Below are positions 38,175 through 47,979 of a stretch of DNA of 64,000 bases, in pieces (positions within the stretch are counted from its first letter, which is position 1; each line of letters starts with the position of its first letter). The DNA is from Candidatus Hermodarchaeota archaeon. Its GTDB lineage: Archaea > Asgardarchaeota > Lokiarchaeia > Sigyniarchaeales > SOKP01. The stretch covers positions 1-64,000 of the forward strand of contig JBHLLO010000002.1 of the NCBI GenBank assembly GCA_048885535.1, in the 5' to 3' direction. Made by a program: the position numbers and the translations under genes. The notes beneath the pieces are model-generated. The model did no database searches. It was not told the origin of the DNA and saw only the letters and a list, made by a program, of their open reading frames with translations.

Positions 38175-39881
38175 CTATTCTTTTAAGATTTTAGATTTGA
38201 TATTCTGGGGGATATATTTCCATATTGGTAGTTTTAAAATAAAATCATAAAACTTTTTCCGATTTAATTTATTTTTTAAAATAAAGTAACCCCAATTATA
38301 AAAAGCCAATCTATTGAAAAGGTGCATTAAATTTATACCAAATGGGTTATATTTTGAAGTTAAAAAGCTTGCAATGTAAGCACCTAACCTTTTTGTATGT
38401 GGAATGGATTCTGGATAAATCGATTCGGACAGTGGTCTATTAAATATTTCATAAATTGAAAATATTGGAATAAGTGCATCTAAAATTTTACTAACTTTGA
38501 GATCATAATTTTGACTATTAATAGAGTACATAGAGAGTTGATTTAGCTCTTTTATCGCAAAGTTAAAATAGCGTTCTTTGAAATTTAACCACATTTTTGC
38601 CATTAAATCCTTTATTTCAACTATTTCATTAAGGATCTCTTCTTCTTCAAAATCAAAGCCATATTTTTTTTCATAATATTTTAGACATAATAAAAAAATC
38701 GAATCTATTGATTCATAGTTTAATTCTTCATCATTTTTCTTGCCTTGAATTAAATACTTCATTTCTTCATTTGTTAAAGGATGTAATGTATGAGTATATA
38801 GTGGAGTTGTCCATAATAGTTTCAAAATTTTTTCCATAACGTAGATATATAGGTTAAATTTCTCAATCTCAAAAAGTTTTTTAGAAGATTCAAGTATAGC
38901 CCATTTAAATCTTTTTGATCTATTGAAAAATAATTTTAGCTTATTATATCGGCTTAATCTACTTTTTAGATTTCTTTTTTCATTTTTATAGACTATAATT
39001 TTTTCAATTAAAATTTTTTTAAATGATATGAGTTTCTTAATATATGCATAAAAATCTATGTTATAGTTCTCATTCACTTTATCATGAGGAATTAAAGGAA
39101 TATTTAATATTTTTTTAGGCGGAGTTAATTCAATACTCATAGAGTGATCTCCAATTGAATAGGAAAAGTAAATTTCTTGAAGAACTTCATCTAATGATCT
39201 AAAAGTCCCAAGATTTTTTGGATCTTTAGTAAAATATCCATGTAAAAGAGTATCTATGCCTTTATAGACGTTGTTATTATATTCTGAGATAATTATTGAC
39301 TCAAATTCCCCAGGGTGATGTCTTTTAATATTATATCTTTTGGATACTAAAAAGATTGCCTGGTTTGCTCTGTGGCATACAGTGTGACTCCATTTTAAAA
39401 TTGGTTCCAAAATTTTTCCATAAGTCAATATATATCCATAGAATTCAGGACCAAAATATATTGGAAAACCAAATCCACGAGATGTTGCAAATGTAAATTG
39501 AAAGAGGTGTCTTACTTTCTCCCCTTTTAATAATCCTGGGAATTTATAATGTAATACAAGCTTAGGATATAATGCATCACAACCTAGATTCATCCAAGCT
39601 TCGAATAAAATGAAACTATCAGGAAATTCCGACGAATCTCTATTGTAAATTAAATCACTCGTTAATGTATCTAAAGCCGATGGAAGTAAATAAAGCTTAT
39701 CTCCTTTATAATTGATAGTTTCACGTATAAAAGGTTTTATTTGATTCTTTATTTGAGCTTTTTTATAATAATAGCGATTCATTACTCTTATTAATGAAGG
39801 AATCTCTAAAATCTGCCTTTTGAGATCATGGGAAACTTTTATAGTAGAATAGCCTTGAATTTCATGTTTAGATTGCTCCAA
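38175..39881 (-). CDS. Hypothetical protein (568 aa)
   Basis: Long ORF, no motif recognised. Confidence 0.65.
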   Translation of the reverse strand: MEQSKHEIQGYSTIKVSHDLKRQILEIPSLIRVMNRYYYKKAQIKNQIKPFIRETINYKGDKLYLLPSALDTLTSDLIYNRDSSEFPDSFILFEAWMNLGCDALYPKLVLHYKFPGLLKGEKVRHLFQFTFATSRGFGFPIYFGPEFYGYILTYGKILEPILKWSHTVCHRANQAIFLVSKRYNIKRHHPGEFESIIISEYNNNVYKGIDTLLHGYFTKDPKNLGTFRSLDEVLQEIYFSYSIGDHSMSIELTPPKKILNIPLIPHDKVNENYNIDFYAYIKKLISFKKILIEKIIVYKNEKRNLKSRLSRYNKLKLFFNRSKRFKWAILESSKKLFEIEKFNLYIYVMEKILKLLWTTPLYTHTLHPLTNEEMKYLIQGKKNDEELNYESIDSIFLLCLKYYEKKYGFDFEEEEILNEIVEIKDLMAKMWLNFKERYFNFAIKELNQLSMYSINSQNYDLKVSKILDALIPIFSIYEIFNRPLSESIYPESIPHTKRLGAYIASFLTSKYNPFGINLMHLFNRLAFYNWGYFILKNKLNRKKFYDFILKLPIWKYIPQNIKSKILKE

Positions 39882-40020
39882 TTAACTCAGCTGTTAACTA
39901 GTCTTATAGTTTACTAATAATATTAAATGCTTATTTAATTATAATCTTAATTAAAATTCGAAATAAGAGATAAGAGTTAATTGTTCCTAAATGTTAAAAG
40001 ATTTTTAAGTGAAAATAAAA

Positions 40021-40485
40021 TTAACTTGGTGTTTTTCGTTTATTAAAAAGTTGTTTAAGTTCACTCATTATAGCTCCTCTCAAAGTTATTGGACTAGCAG
40101 GTCGAGCGGATCCTGGACCTCCAGGTGGACCTCCAGGGGGCGGTGGTGGACCTCCAGGGGGTGGACGAGGACTTCCTGCAGGTGTACCACTGGGTGGACC
40201 TCCAGGGGGTGGAGGAGCACTATTTGGAGCTTTTGGTGCGGATACTATAGGCGCTACGGTACCTCCAGTTGACTTATAAATAGCTATTTCGTTACTCAAT
40301 GTATTAACTTTAGTTTCTAATGTTGATAATTTTTGATGAATAGATGATAATGATTGATCTACTAAATCAGGAATTCTAAGAATCATAGACATCATTCTTT
40401 CGACAATATCTCCGAAAGCATTTAACTTTTCTTCGAGAGGAGCCTTTCTAGTTTCTTGCATGAAATTTGCGAATTCTTCTGCCAT
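40021..40485 (-). CDS. Coiled-coil + polyproline protein with a C-terminal amphipathic basic helix
   Basis: Heptads LSSIHQKLSTLETKVNTLSNEI; PPPPGG, PPPPPGG tracts; LRGAIMSELKQLFNKRK. Confidence 0.75.
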   Translation of the reverse strand: MAEEFANFMQETRKAPLEEKLNAFGDIVERMMSMILRIPDLVDQSLSSIHQKLSTLETKVNTLSNEIAIYKSTGGTVAPIVSAPKAPNSAPPPPGGPPSGTPAGSPRPPPGGPPPPPGGPPGGPGSARPASPITLRGAIMSELKQLFNKRKTPS

Positions 40486-40627
40486 TTTTTTATCTCAATT
40501 TTTATAATTAAAGAATTATACAATAATTTTTCTAATAATTATATATCTGAATTATTTAATAAATTTAAGTCCGTGTGTATTAAAACTATTTTGAGTAAAA
40601 TTATAAAAAATATTAAAAAAAAAGAAG

Positions 40628-41260
40628 TTAACTTGATTTTGATACAGAATCTTTTATAACCATCCACAATTCATCTAATTCATTTCTCACTTCTAAAAAT
40701 TGATGAATTTTTTTCAATAATACATCTCTAGCTATATCAAAGTCTCTTTGATAATCATTGAATTCTGCATCTAAAATTTTAAGTTTTTCCCCTTCAATTA
40801 GTTTATTTTTCATTTTTTCAACATTTAGAGCCTTTTTAATGACTGCATTTCTTTTATTGGCTACTTCATTTAACGCATCTGCAAATTCTATTTTTTTCTC
40901 AATAAAATATTCTTTCTTCAAAGCAAGGTTTTTAATTGCATCTATGTATTTATTATTCACTGCTATATATCCATCATTTTTACGAATGATATCTAAATAT
41001 AAATTTATCTCTTCTTCTTGAATATTTGATTTTTTCTCTCTTACTAAAGTTTGCATTTGTTTAATTACGTCTCTAAAAGTCCGATTTAACATTTCTCTTC
41101 CTAAATTTGCTTTAGTAAGATTTTCTGCATATTTTTTTTGAGCATTGATAAGATCATATTGAGCTTTTGCCAGTTTTCTTATTTGATTGACTAACTCTTT
41201 CTCTGTTCCTGCTAATTCAAGCTCATCCTCATGCGTAATAATAGGGCTCATTTTTATCAA
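40628..41260 (-). CDS. All-helical coiled-coil protein, BAR-like
   Basis: About 210 aa, no Pro after residue 6, three long predicted helices. Confidence 0.6.
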   Translation of the reverse strand: MIKMSPIITHEDELELAGTEKELVNQIRKLAKAQYDLINAQKKYAENLTKANLGREMLNRTFRDVIKQMQTLVREKKSNIQEEEINLYLDIIRKNDGYIAVNNKYIDAIKNLALKKEYFIEKKIEFADALNEVANKRNAVIKKALNVEKMKNKLIEGEKLKILDAEFNDYQRDFDIARDVLLKKIHQFLEVRNELDELWMVIKDSVSKSS

Positions 41261-41350
41261 TTTTTATTAAAGATTAATTATATTAATTTTTAGTATGTTT
41301 TTTATGCCAATACTTAGTTATATATTTTAGTTTTTTAAATTTATTCATAA

Positions 41351-42385
41351 TTATAACGGAAATAACGCTGTTAAGATATTGTCTCTATAGTTTGCCTTTA
41401 TAACTTTAGCCTTGATTTTTTTGTTTAAAATTTCATCAGAATAAAGGAAAGGTTTTTTTAATAAGACCTTTATACCAAAATTTCTACTAATTTTTCCAAT
41501 ACACTCATAATTCCAACGCCCTATTGATACTATCTCCAATTCTATTATATCATGTTTTTTTAAATTAATGTTTGAAACAGGAAGGCGTTTATGAATCCCA
41601 AAATCTAAAGGTCCGAGTTTTAATTTGATATTGTATTTTTTTTCTAACTCAGTTAAATGTTTATAGAAATAAGTCCATGATTTTGGACGAATTTTTTTTA
41701 ACTTTCTTCCTGTTTTATATATTAAGTATTTCTGAATGCCAATTTGGACCTTTTCTTTAGAGTATCCTTCATTCCTTAATTGAATGACAAATTTAATTAT
41801 ATCCTCAATATCTTTATCATTTTGGTTTGGAAACCATACAGGTGCAATTAATACATTAATATTGGAGTCTAACAAGTAATAGATGTTCTGGATAAGAGCC
41901 TCAAGATTGTATTGCCTACAATCGCATAAATAATTTGCTTTGCTTTCATTTAGTGTATTTAAACTAATATTTATACGTGTAAGATTTAAGAGATTCAACT
42001 TTTTAATAATTTGTTTTGATAGTAGCAACCCATTACTTTGCATTGAGATAATTTTTACTCCCTCAATTTCCCAAAGTTGGCTTAGTAACCTATACAATTC
42101 GGAGTATAAAAGGATTTCACCATAGGGAGCAATATGAATTTCTATATTAAAATTTCCTTTAATAGTGACAGCTTTTCTTACTTCTTTAGCCAAATAATTG
42201 GAATTTACTATAAAATTAGTATTATAATCACCTGCATTTACAAAACAATATTTACATTTCAAGTTACATAAAGTTAAAGGTTTTATTTCAATTACATTAG
42301 TACTACGATCTATTAAACCAATAAAATCAACCCCCATTAGGGGTATTTCTGATTTTTCATCAATATATATTGTATTAGTAGTCAT
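41351..42385 (-). CDS. Radical SAM protein (archaeal COG2100-like)
   Basis: IPLMGVDFIGLIDRSTNVIEIKP, CNLKCKYC, SMQSNG, GIQKY. Confidence 0.85.
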   Translation of the reverse strand: MTTNTIYIDEKSEIPLMGVDFIGLIDRSTNVIEIKPLTLCNLKCKYCFVNAGDYNTNFIVNSNYLAKEVRKAVTIKGNFNIEIHIAPYGEILLYSELYRLLSQLWEIEGVKIISMQSNGLLLSKQIIKKLNLLNLTRINISLNTLNESKANYLCDCRQYNLEALIQNIYYLLDSNINVLIAPVWFPNQNDKDIEDIIKFVIQLRNEGYSKEKVQIGIQKYLIYKTGRKLKKIRPKSWTYFYKHLTELEKKYNIKLKLGPLDFGIHKRLPVSNINLKKHDIIELEIVSIGRWNYECIGKISRNFGIKVLLKKPFLYSDEILNKKIKAKVIKANYRDNILTALFPL

Positions 42386-42416
42386 ATGAGTTTTAGGTTA
42401 ATACTTTTTCATTTCT

Positions 42417-43490
42417 CTAAGGTTTATACCTCAAAATAGCTACTATATCACCTAAAGCAATAATTTGTTGACCAGTAGGTTGTTCACTACTCAAAATGTA
42501 ATATTTCCCATCAGATTTTTCTATATCAGTTAAAATCTCTTCAATTTCAAGTTTTTTCTCTTTTGAGATACCACGTATTAAAATATCTGTAATAAATAAT
42601 TCTTCTATCACTCCACTTTTGGATAAATTAGAGATCTCTTTCACTCCAATAGCAATTAAGTCTGGATCAGTTGCTAAAATTGCAAAAATTTTCTCTATCT
42701 TATCTGTTTCTTGAAAAATTTTTACCTTTTCTTTTAAATTCTTTAATTGGGGAGATTTTAAGGTTTCAAATATTGCACTCTCAGTACCTGAGCTTGCATG
42801 AATAATATTAATTTTAGATAGATAATCCGGTTGTTTCTTGTCTTTAAGGTATTTTAGAAATTTGTCTTTAATATTTCCAGGACCACACAAGATAATTAGA
42901 TTTATATTTATGTTTTTGACGTTTTCATCCAATACTTTATTAATATCACCAAAAAATTCTTCATATGCTTTATTTCGATGGATTTGTTCATATCTTTTTC
43001 CGGGAATTGTTTTTTTAATAGTGGCTATTCTTGTATGACTAAAGTTAGTGATAAGTGCAGCATTTGCTAATCCGCTTTCAATTGCAATTATAAGTAGTAC
43101 AAAATTAACATCAAATTTTGAAAATTCCGTTAATCTTTTTATCTCACTCCTTAACCACATCTCCTTTATAATACTTAATTCGTTACCCACTTCGATATTA
43201 AATGTATGATAAGTTCCGAAACTCACAAAATCTTCAGGACCTTCACTAATTGTACCTTTAACTCTTAATCTATTTGAAAATTCATGGAATGAAACAGATT
43301 CTACCTTTAATTTTATCCACATTTTTTTTCGTTCTCCTTTTGTACCTTCCCTTAATACTACTCTTCTAGAAGTTCGCGTAGAAACATAATCATTCTTAGA
43401 AATAACATTATAAAGTGTCCATAAATCATTTAATGTTTCAATTTTAACAATGACTTCTTGATTTTTATTATCTATTTCAAGAATCTTCAA
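42417..43490 (-). CDS. pelA: Pelota/Dom34 ribosome rescue factor
   Basis: ETLNDLWTLYNVI, FSNRLRVKG, GTYHTF, IPGKR, GPGNIK, IVAILRY. Confidence 0.92.
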   Translation of the reverse strand: MKILEIDNKNQEVIVKIETLNDLWTLYNVISKNDYVSTRTSRRVVLREGTKGERKKMWIKLKVESVSFHEFSNRLRVKGTISEGPEDFVSFGTYHTFNIEVGNELSIIKEMWLRSEIKRLTEFSKFDVNFVLLIIAIESGLANAALITNFSHTRIATIKKTIPGKRYEQIHRNKAYEEFFGDINKVLDENVKNININLIILCGPGNIKDKFLKYLKDKKQPDYLSKINIIHASSGTESAIFETLKSPQLKNLKEKVKIFQETDKIEKIFAILATDPDLIAIGVKEISNLSKSGVIEELFITDILIRGISKEKKLEIEEILTDIEKSDGKYYILSSEQPTGQQIIALGDIVAILRYKP

Positions 43491-43622
43491 ATATCAAATC
43501 AACTTTCTTAAACTGGTTATTCCTAATTTAGTTAAAGAATAGATATTAGAAAAGCTTACTTTTTTAGAAGGTATAAACAGTAAATAAATAAAAAAAGGAA
43601 AATGAAACAAAAATACAAAGAT

Positions 43623-43775
43623 TTATTCTTTTTCTCCTAAGGCTTCCCTAATTTTTTCAAGTTCTTCCATTCTTTTCTTCTTTTCTTCTTCCCTTTTTCT
43701 CAGTTCTTCCACACTAACCTTTTGGAGAGTGACTCCCTTCTTAATCTCATCTTGTAACTCTTTATCAATTGGCAT
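43623..43775 (-). CDS. 50-aa microprotein with WH2-like motif (not in ORF track)
   Basis: ATG at 43775 with AAGGAG upstream gives MPIDKELQDEIKKGVTLQKVSVEELRKREEEKKKRMEELEKIREALGEKE*. Confidence 0.7.
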   Translation of the reverse strand: MPIDKELQDEIKKGVTLQKVSVEELRKREEEKKKRMEELEKIREALGEKE

Positions 43776-43899
43776 TATACCACAACTCCTTTACAATCAA
43801 TAATTCTTGAGAAGAAATTATAATCTTAATTTACAGATATTATAACAATTTTTATTTATAAGTTTAAGTTTATAGAAAAACATTAAAACTAAAAGAAAA

Positions 43900-44352
43900 T
43901 TAAAGAGTTATTTCCATTAAATAAGCACTTTCTCGATTACTATAATAATTTTCAATTTCTTGAACTATTTGGAAATTAAATTTTTGATAAAGTCTTATTG
44001 CAATCCAATTTTTTTTATTAACAGTTAATATAATTTTCTTTATTTCTTGATATGCTTTGATTAGTTCTAATGCTGCTTGAAATAAGTATGAACCATAACC
44101 CTTATTTTGATAGGTTTTTTTTATTAAAAAGTTTATTATATTAACTCTATCTCTTCCGTCTCGAATAGCAATTATATAACCAATGATATTAGAGCTGTTT
44201 TTGCTCAATAGCTTTAAAAATAAAGAATTTCGTAAAATCAATTTTGTCATAGTTTGTTTTGAAAATGAATCTTGTTTGAATATCTGGTACTCCATTTTCA
44301 TAATTTCCTTTAAATCATCTAAAACGACTCTCTTTATCTCCAAATTATTCAA
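43900..44352 (-). CDS. GNAT N-acetyltransferase (RimI/Ard1-like)
   Basis: YQNKGYGSYL motif A, NWIAIRLYQKFNF, YYSNRESAYLM. Confidence 0.85.
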   Translation of the reverse strand: MNNLEIKRVVLDDLKEIMKMEYQIFKQDSFSKQTMTKLILRNSLFLKLLSKNSSNIIGYIIAIRDGRDRVNIINFLIKKTYQNKGYGSYLFQAALELIKAYQEIKKIILTVNKKNWIAIRLYQKFNFQIVQEIENYYSNRESAYLMEITL

Positions 44353-45484
44353 TCTCTTCTTTAAATTCTTTTATTGGAGTCTTTTCAGTTATTTGCATGT
44401 ACTTTTCATCTCTAAACGGGGTAATTTCTACAATAAATCCTTGTAATTTATACTGATCTAATAATTCTATGAATCTCTCTTCTAAAGCAAATGCTACTGG
44501 TATTTTCATCTTTTGTTTATCATAAAAGACATATTTCTGAGGTATTCTTATTTTATTCAATAACAATTCATTAAGTTTAAATAAAGATTGCTCACTTCCT
44601 TCAATCTGAGCAAATAATAGTAATCCATCATTATTAATAGATTCAAATGGTTTTTTGATTGATTTTGCGCGACGTAAATATCGTTCTTTTAGTTGCCAAT
44701 AATCTTTTGCGCTTATAGAACAAAAATGGATTTTCATAGAAACTTCAGGGTAAATTTTTTTTAGTAATTTAAGAGCCGTCTTTTTGCTGTTCTCTACAGC
44801 TGCAATTGAATTTTTTTTTAGTCTGAAACCTTTTTCTCTTAAATATTGACTATTGGTAAATGAAAATTCAAATTCGTTTAAATTTATAAATTGGACCCCT
44901 ATTTTATCTAGAAATAATATTAATTCTTGGAGTTGCTCCATGTATTCTTTAGTTGGAATTACTGGTACCTCAACTCCAACAGTCATTCCTTTTTTTAATG
45001 CTAATGAGATTACTTTCCATCTATCTTTAGGAGGATTAAATCTTATTTCATTTAGCCCTGCTTCAGCTAATTGATTAGCTAGTTCTTCACTGAAGTTCAA
45101 CCCATTTGTATATAAATGTATATGAAACCTCTTCCCTTTTTTTCTCTTAACATATTTTATAATATCTATTGTTTTTTGAAAATTGGTATCAGAGAGGGGT
45201 TCCCCACCCGTAATACTCATTCCTTTTGCTTTGGTTTTATTAATTTCGTGAATTATTTCTTCGTGGGAATTAATTTTAATTTCGTTTGCGAAGCTAAAAT
45301 CTTTTCCTTTTCTTTCAAAAGAAATTGGGCAGTACCAATAACAATGTTTGGGATTTTGGCATATTCCGTTTAGGAACAAGACAGTTTTCTCTCCGTTTAG
45401 GCATAACTGGCATCCTTTTGGAATCCCTCTACCTTTAATATAGTATGTTAGTGCTTTTGATTGTATTATTCTTACATTTTTCAT
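44345..45484 (-). CDS. Radical SAM protein (archaeal COG2108-like)
   Basis: PKGCQLCLNGEKTVLF, CQNPKHCYWYCP, SITGGEP, HIHLYT, EIRFNP, NLNEFE. Confidence 0.85.
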   Translation of the reverse strand: MKNVRIIQSKALTYYIKGRGIPKGCQLCLNGEKTVLFLNGICQNPKHCYWYCPISFERKGKDFSFANEIKINSHEEIIHEINKTKAKGMSITGGEPLSDTNFQKTIDIIKYVKRKKGKRFHIHLYTNGLNFSEELANQLAEAGLNEIRFNPPKDRWKVISLALKKGMTVGVEVPVIPTKEYMEQLQELILFLDKIGVQFINLNEFEFSFTNSQYLREKGFRLKKNSIAAVENSKKTALKLLKKIYPEVSMKIHFCSISAKDYWQLKERYLRRAKSIKKPFESINNDGLLLFAQIEGSEQSLFKLNELLLNKIRIPQKYVFYDKQKMKIPVAFALEERFIELLDQYKLQGFIVEITPFRDEKYMQITEKTPIKEFKEEIE

Positions 45485-46188
45485 TTTTTATAGAGCTTTT
45501 TTCTTACTATAGATTTTTTATTTGAAAGTTTCTTCAATACTTCTTCTGTGCTTTCTTGAATATCAATTACTTTCTTTAAAAATACTCCTGTTCTTCCGTA
45601 TTTTTCTCTTTTCAATAAAACTTTTACTCTTTCTTTTACGGTATTCAAACTTATTTTTAATTCTTTTGCTACTAAATGTTCATTTCCAATAATAGAGTAC
45701 TCATCATGCCCTTTATAATTAGGTTTAATCATTACTAATCGTTTATCAACTCCAGGTACTCTGAGGTGAGCCTTTAATTGATTAAGACTTACTTTTCCTC
45801 CAAAGTCATAGAATTCTATCGAATTCATATCCAGTTTAGAAAGGGGAACTGTTATACTTTCCATTTCATTCAAATATATGTATAATTTTAGAGAATCATT
45901 TGGAGTTGCCATAATTATTTCTCGAAAATAATTATTAAATCCATTTTTATTAAGGATATATTCAATCTGATAGGATGAGGTTGATTGAAGAAAAATTATA
46001 TCTAAATCGCTCTCTTCATGAACATCCCCACGCGCAATACTTCCGTAGATGTATGGATTAAATCCTGCTTTTACAAAAATATTTAATAGTTCTATTGCTC
46101 TCTTTCTTTTTAATTTAATAAGTTCCCATTGATTTTTGGAGTATGTATGCGATTGATAATGCTCTCTTAATATTTTTTCCCTTTTCAT
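45481..46188 (-). CDS. Nucleotidyltransferase-domain protein (archaeal COG2413-like)
   Basis: YGSIARGDVHEESDLD, EFYDFGG, RVPGVDKRL, GRTGVFL. Confidence 0.85.
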   Translation of the reverse strand: MKREKILREHYQSHTYSKNQWELIKLKRKRAIELLNIFVKAGFNPYIYGSIARGDVHEESDLDIIFLQSTSSYQIEYILNKNGFNNYFREIIMATPNDSLKLYIYLNEMESITVPLSKLDMNSIEFYDFGGKVSLNQLKAHLRVPGVDKRLVMIKPNYKGHDEYSIIGNEHLVAKELKISLNTVKERVKVLLKREKYGRTGVFLKKVIDIQESTEEVLKKLSNKKSIVRKKLYKK

Positions 46189-46212
46189 AGATTTAGCTTC
46201 TTATAATAGAAT

Positions 46213-47022
46213 TTATTTATTTTCTATGACGTTAATTATAGATCTGAAGAGTATAGTCTCATAATACTTGAATGTATTAGATGCTTTTTTAAAAAGGTAA
46301 AATCCACTTGCAATTTCTCCAAATGATTTAAAATCATGAATAAATTGTTTTAAAGAAATTTTTTTTAGAAATCGATTAATCTTTCCGCTAAAAATTACAA
46401 ATAATCTGGATCTTAAATCTTTTGATTTAAAGATATTGATTAAAAGCGTTTTATTTAGCTTATTTAGTTTAGGATTGATTAAGATTAATTTATCATTATT
46501 CATATCGTTAATAAATGCTTTATACATCAGATTTGTAGGAATAAAATTTACCAAAAAATAGTTTTTATTTATTTTAATTTTGTTTCGAGAAAAAAAAAGA
46601 AATAAGGATTGGATTAACTTCATAATTTCTTTTTGACTTTCTATCTTCTCATTTTCTTTTCTTGGCTTTTTAAGAACTTTGCAGTTCAATATAATTACGT
46701 CCACACCATAAGTGCTTATAGCTTCGGCTAGTGCATTAACTAATTTTCTGTTTTTTGAAGTTTTAATAATTATCATTAATTTTTTATTATTTTTTTCAAT
46801 ACTGTCTTTTATTAATTCAAATTTTTTAATTGAAATATTTTTATACTCAGCCTTAATGGCAGATCCTTCAAAAATTATTCTGGACAATCTTTCATTAGAT
46901 AATGAAGTTCTCCATCTATTCAAATATTTAAAAATTCTAACACTCAGTAATAAAAGAAGTAAAAAAGAAATTATTATAGCATCTACTAATATCCAATCTA
47001 CGCGAAATATATCAAAAGCCAT
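46213..47022 (-). CDS. Membrane-anchored hypothetical protein, possibly a degenerate alpha/beta-hydrolase fold
   Basis: Single N-terminal TM helix; LAEAISTYGVDVI and KLILINP resemble hydrolase strands, but no GxSxG. Confidence 0.55.
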   Translation of the reverse strand: MAFDIFRVDWILVDAIIISFLLLLLLSVRIFKYLNRWRTSLSNERLSRIIFEGSAIKAEYKNISIKKFELIKDSIEKNNKKLMIIIKTSKNRKLVNALAEAISTYGVDVIILNCKVLKKPRKENEKIESQKEIMKLIQSLFLFFSRNKIKINKNYFLVNFIPTNLMYKAFINDMNNDKLILINPKLNKLNKTLLINIFKSKDLRSRLFVIFSGKINRFLKKISLKQFIHDFKSFGEIASGFYLFKKASNTFKYYETILFRSIINVIENK

Positions 47023-47045
47023 AAATATTCATTAAAGAATTTAAA

Positions 47046-47360
47046 CTATTTTATATTTTCATCTATCCAATTCAAATATTTTTCAGATCCTTTTTCAATT
47101 TCCACTCCTATGCATTCTGGTGTGTCATAGCTATGAATTTCATTAATTTTTTCAATTAATTGTTTTGAATTTCTTTCAGTCGTCTTAATCAAAAGTAAGT
47201 GTTCATTAGCGTCTTCAATTCTTCCTTTCCATCTATATATAGAAAGAATATTTTGAATTATATTTACACAAGCTGCATATTTACTTTCTACCAAATGTTT
47301 TGCGATTTTTTTTCCTTCTTCAAGATTAGGAACAGTAACAAAAAAGATATAATAACGCAT
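47046..47360 (-). CDS. cutA: Divalent-cation tolerance protein CutA
   Basis: AACVNI, SIYRWKG, IKT, HSYDTPE, YLNWI. Confidence 0.93.
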   Translation of the reverse strand: MRYYIFFVTVPNLEEGKKIAKHLVESKYAACVNIIQNILSIYRWKGRIEDANEHLLLIKTTERNSKQLIEKINEIHSYDTPECIGVEIEKGSEKYLNWIDENIK

Positions 47361-47488
47361 TTTAATTAATTACTTTAATTCCATTTATCTATTACTATTA
47401 TACTGATATACAAATCTTTTAAGATTTATTAAATCTTAATGTACTAAAAATTAGTGTAAAATATTAAACTAAATTTAAAATAAAATTA

Positions 47489-47782
47489 ATGAATAGCAAT
47501 TATGAAGACTGGTGGTACAATAAAATCTTTAGAGGGTATGCTAAAGCACGAAAAAATAGGTATGAAACATTATGGTTATGTAAAATGCTTAAAAAGCTTA
47601 TGTTTCTATTAAATACAACTCAAGATACTACATTGGTAAAAAATAGTTTAATTATATTACTCAACCTTTTTGAAGATTTTCCTTTAGATAGATTTGAAAA
47701 GAAGGGTAGAGATACAAAATATTTATCTCAAAAAGAGAAAAATGAACTTAAAAAACTCTTAAAAGATGCTTTGATAACTTAA
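47489..47782 (+). CDS. Hypothetical protein
   Basis: 97-aa ORF with ATG start in an otherwise AT-rich gap. Confidence 0.5.
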   Translation: MNSNYEDWWYNKIFRGYAKARKNRYETLWLCKMLKKLMFLLNTTQDTTLVKNSLIILLNLFEDFPLDRFEKKGRDTKYLSQKEKNELKKLLKDALIT

Positions 47783-47979
47783 CTCAAAATAAAGGTTAGG
47801 ATAACAGGATTATCTTGGATAGAAATTGAATGTATAATTGTATCAGAAATTATAAATAATAGTATTTCTATTATAAATAAAAATAGGAATTTAATATCTA
47901 AAATTATTAATCAATTAAATTACACATTAATAATTAATGCTACATATCTATACAGAATGAACGATTAGGGTGGGATAAA

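Noticed and set aside
40090-40215. GC-rich repeated GGTGGACCTCCAGG units as a CRISPR array or ncRNA
   Set aside because: Explained by Pro/Gly codons of the polyproline protein; no repeat-spacer periodicity.
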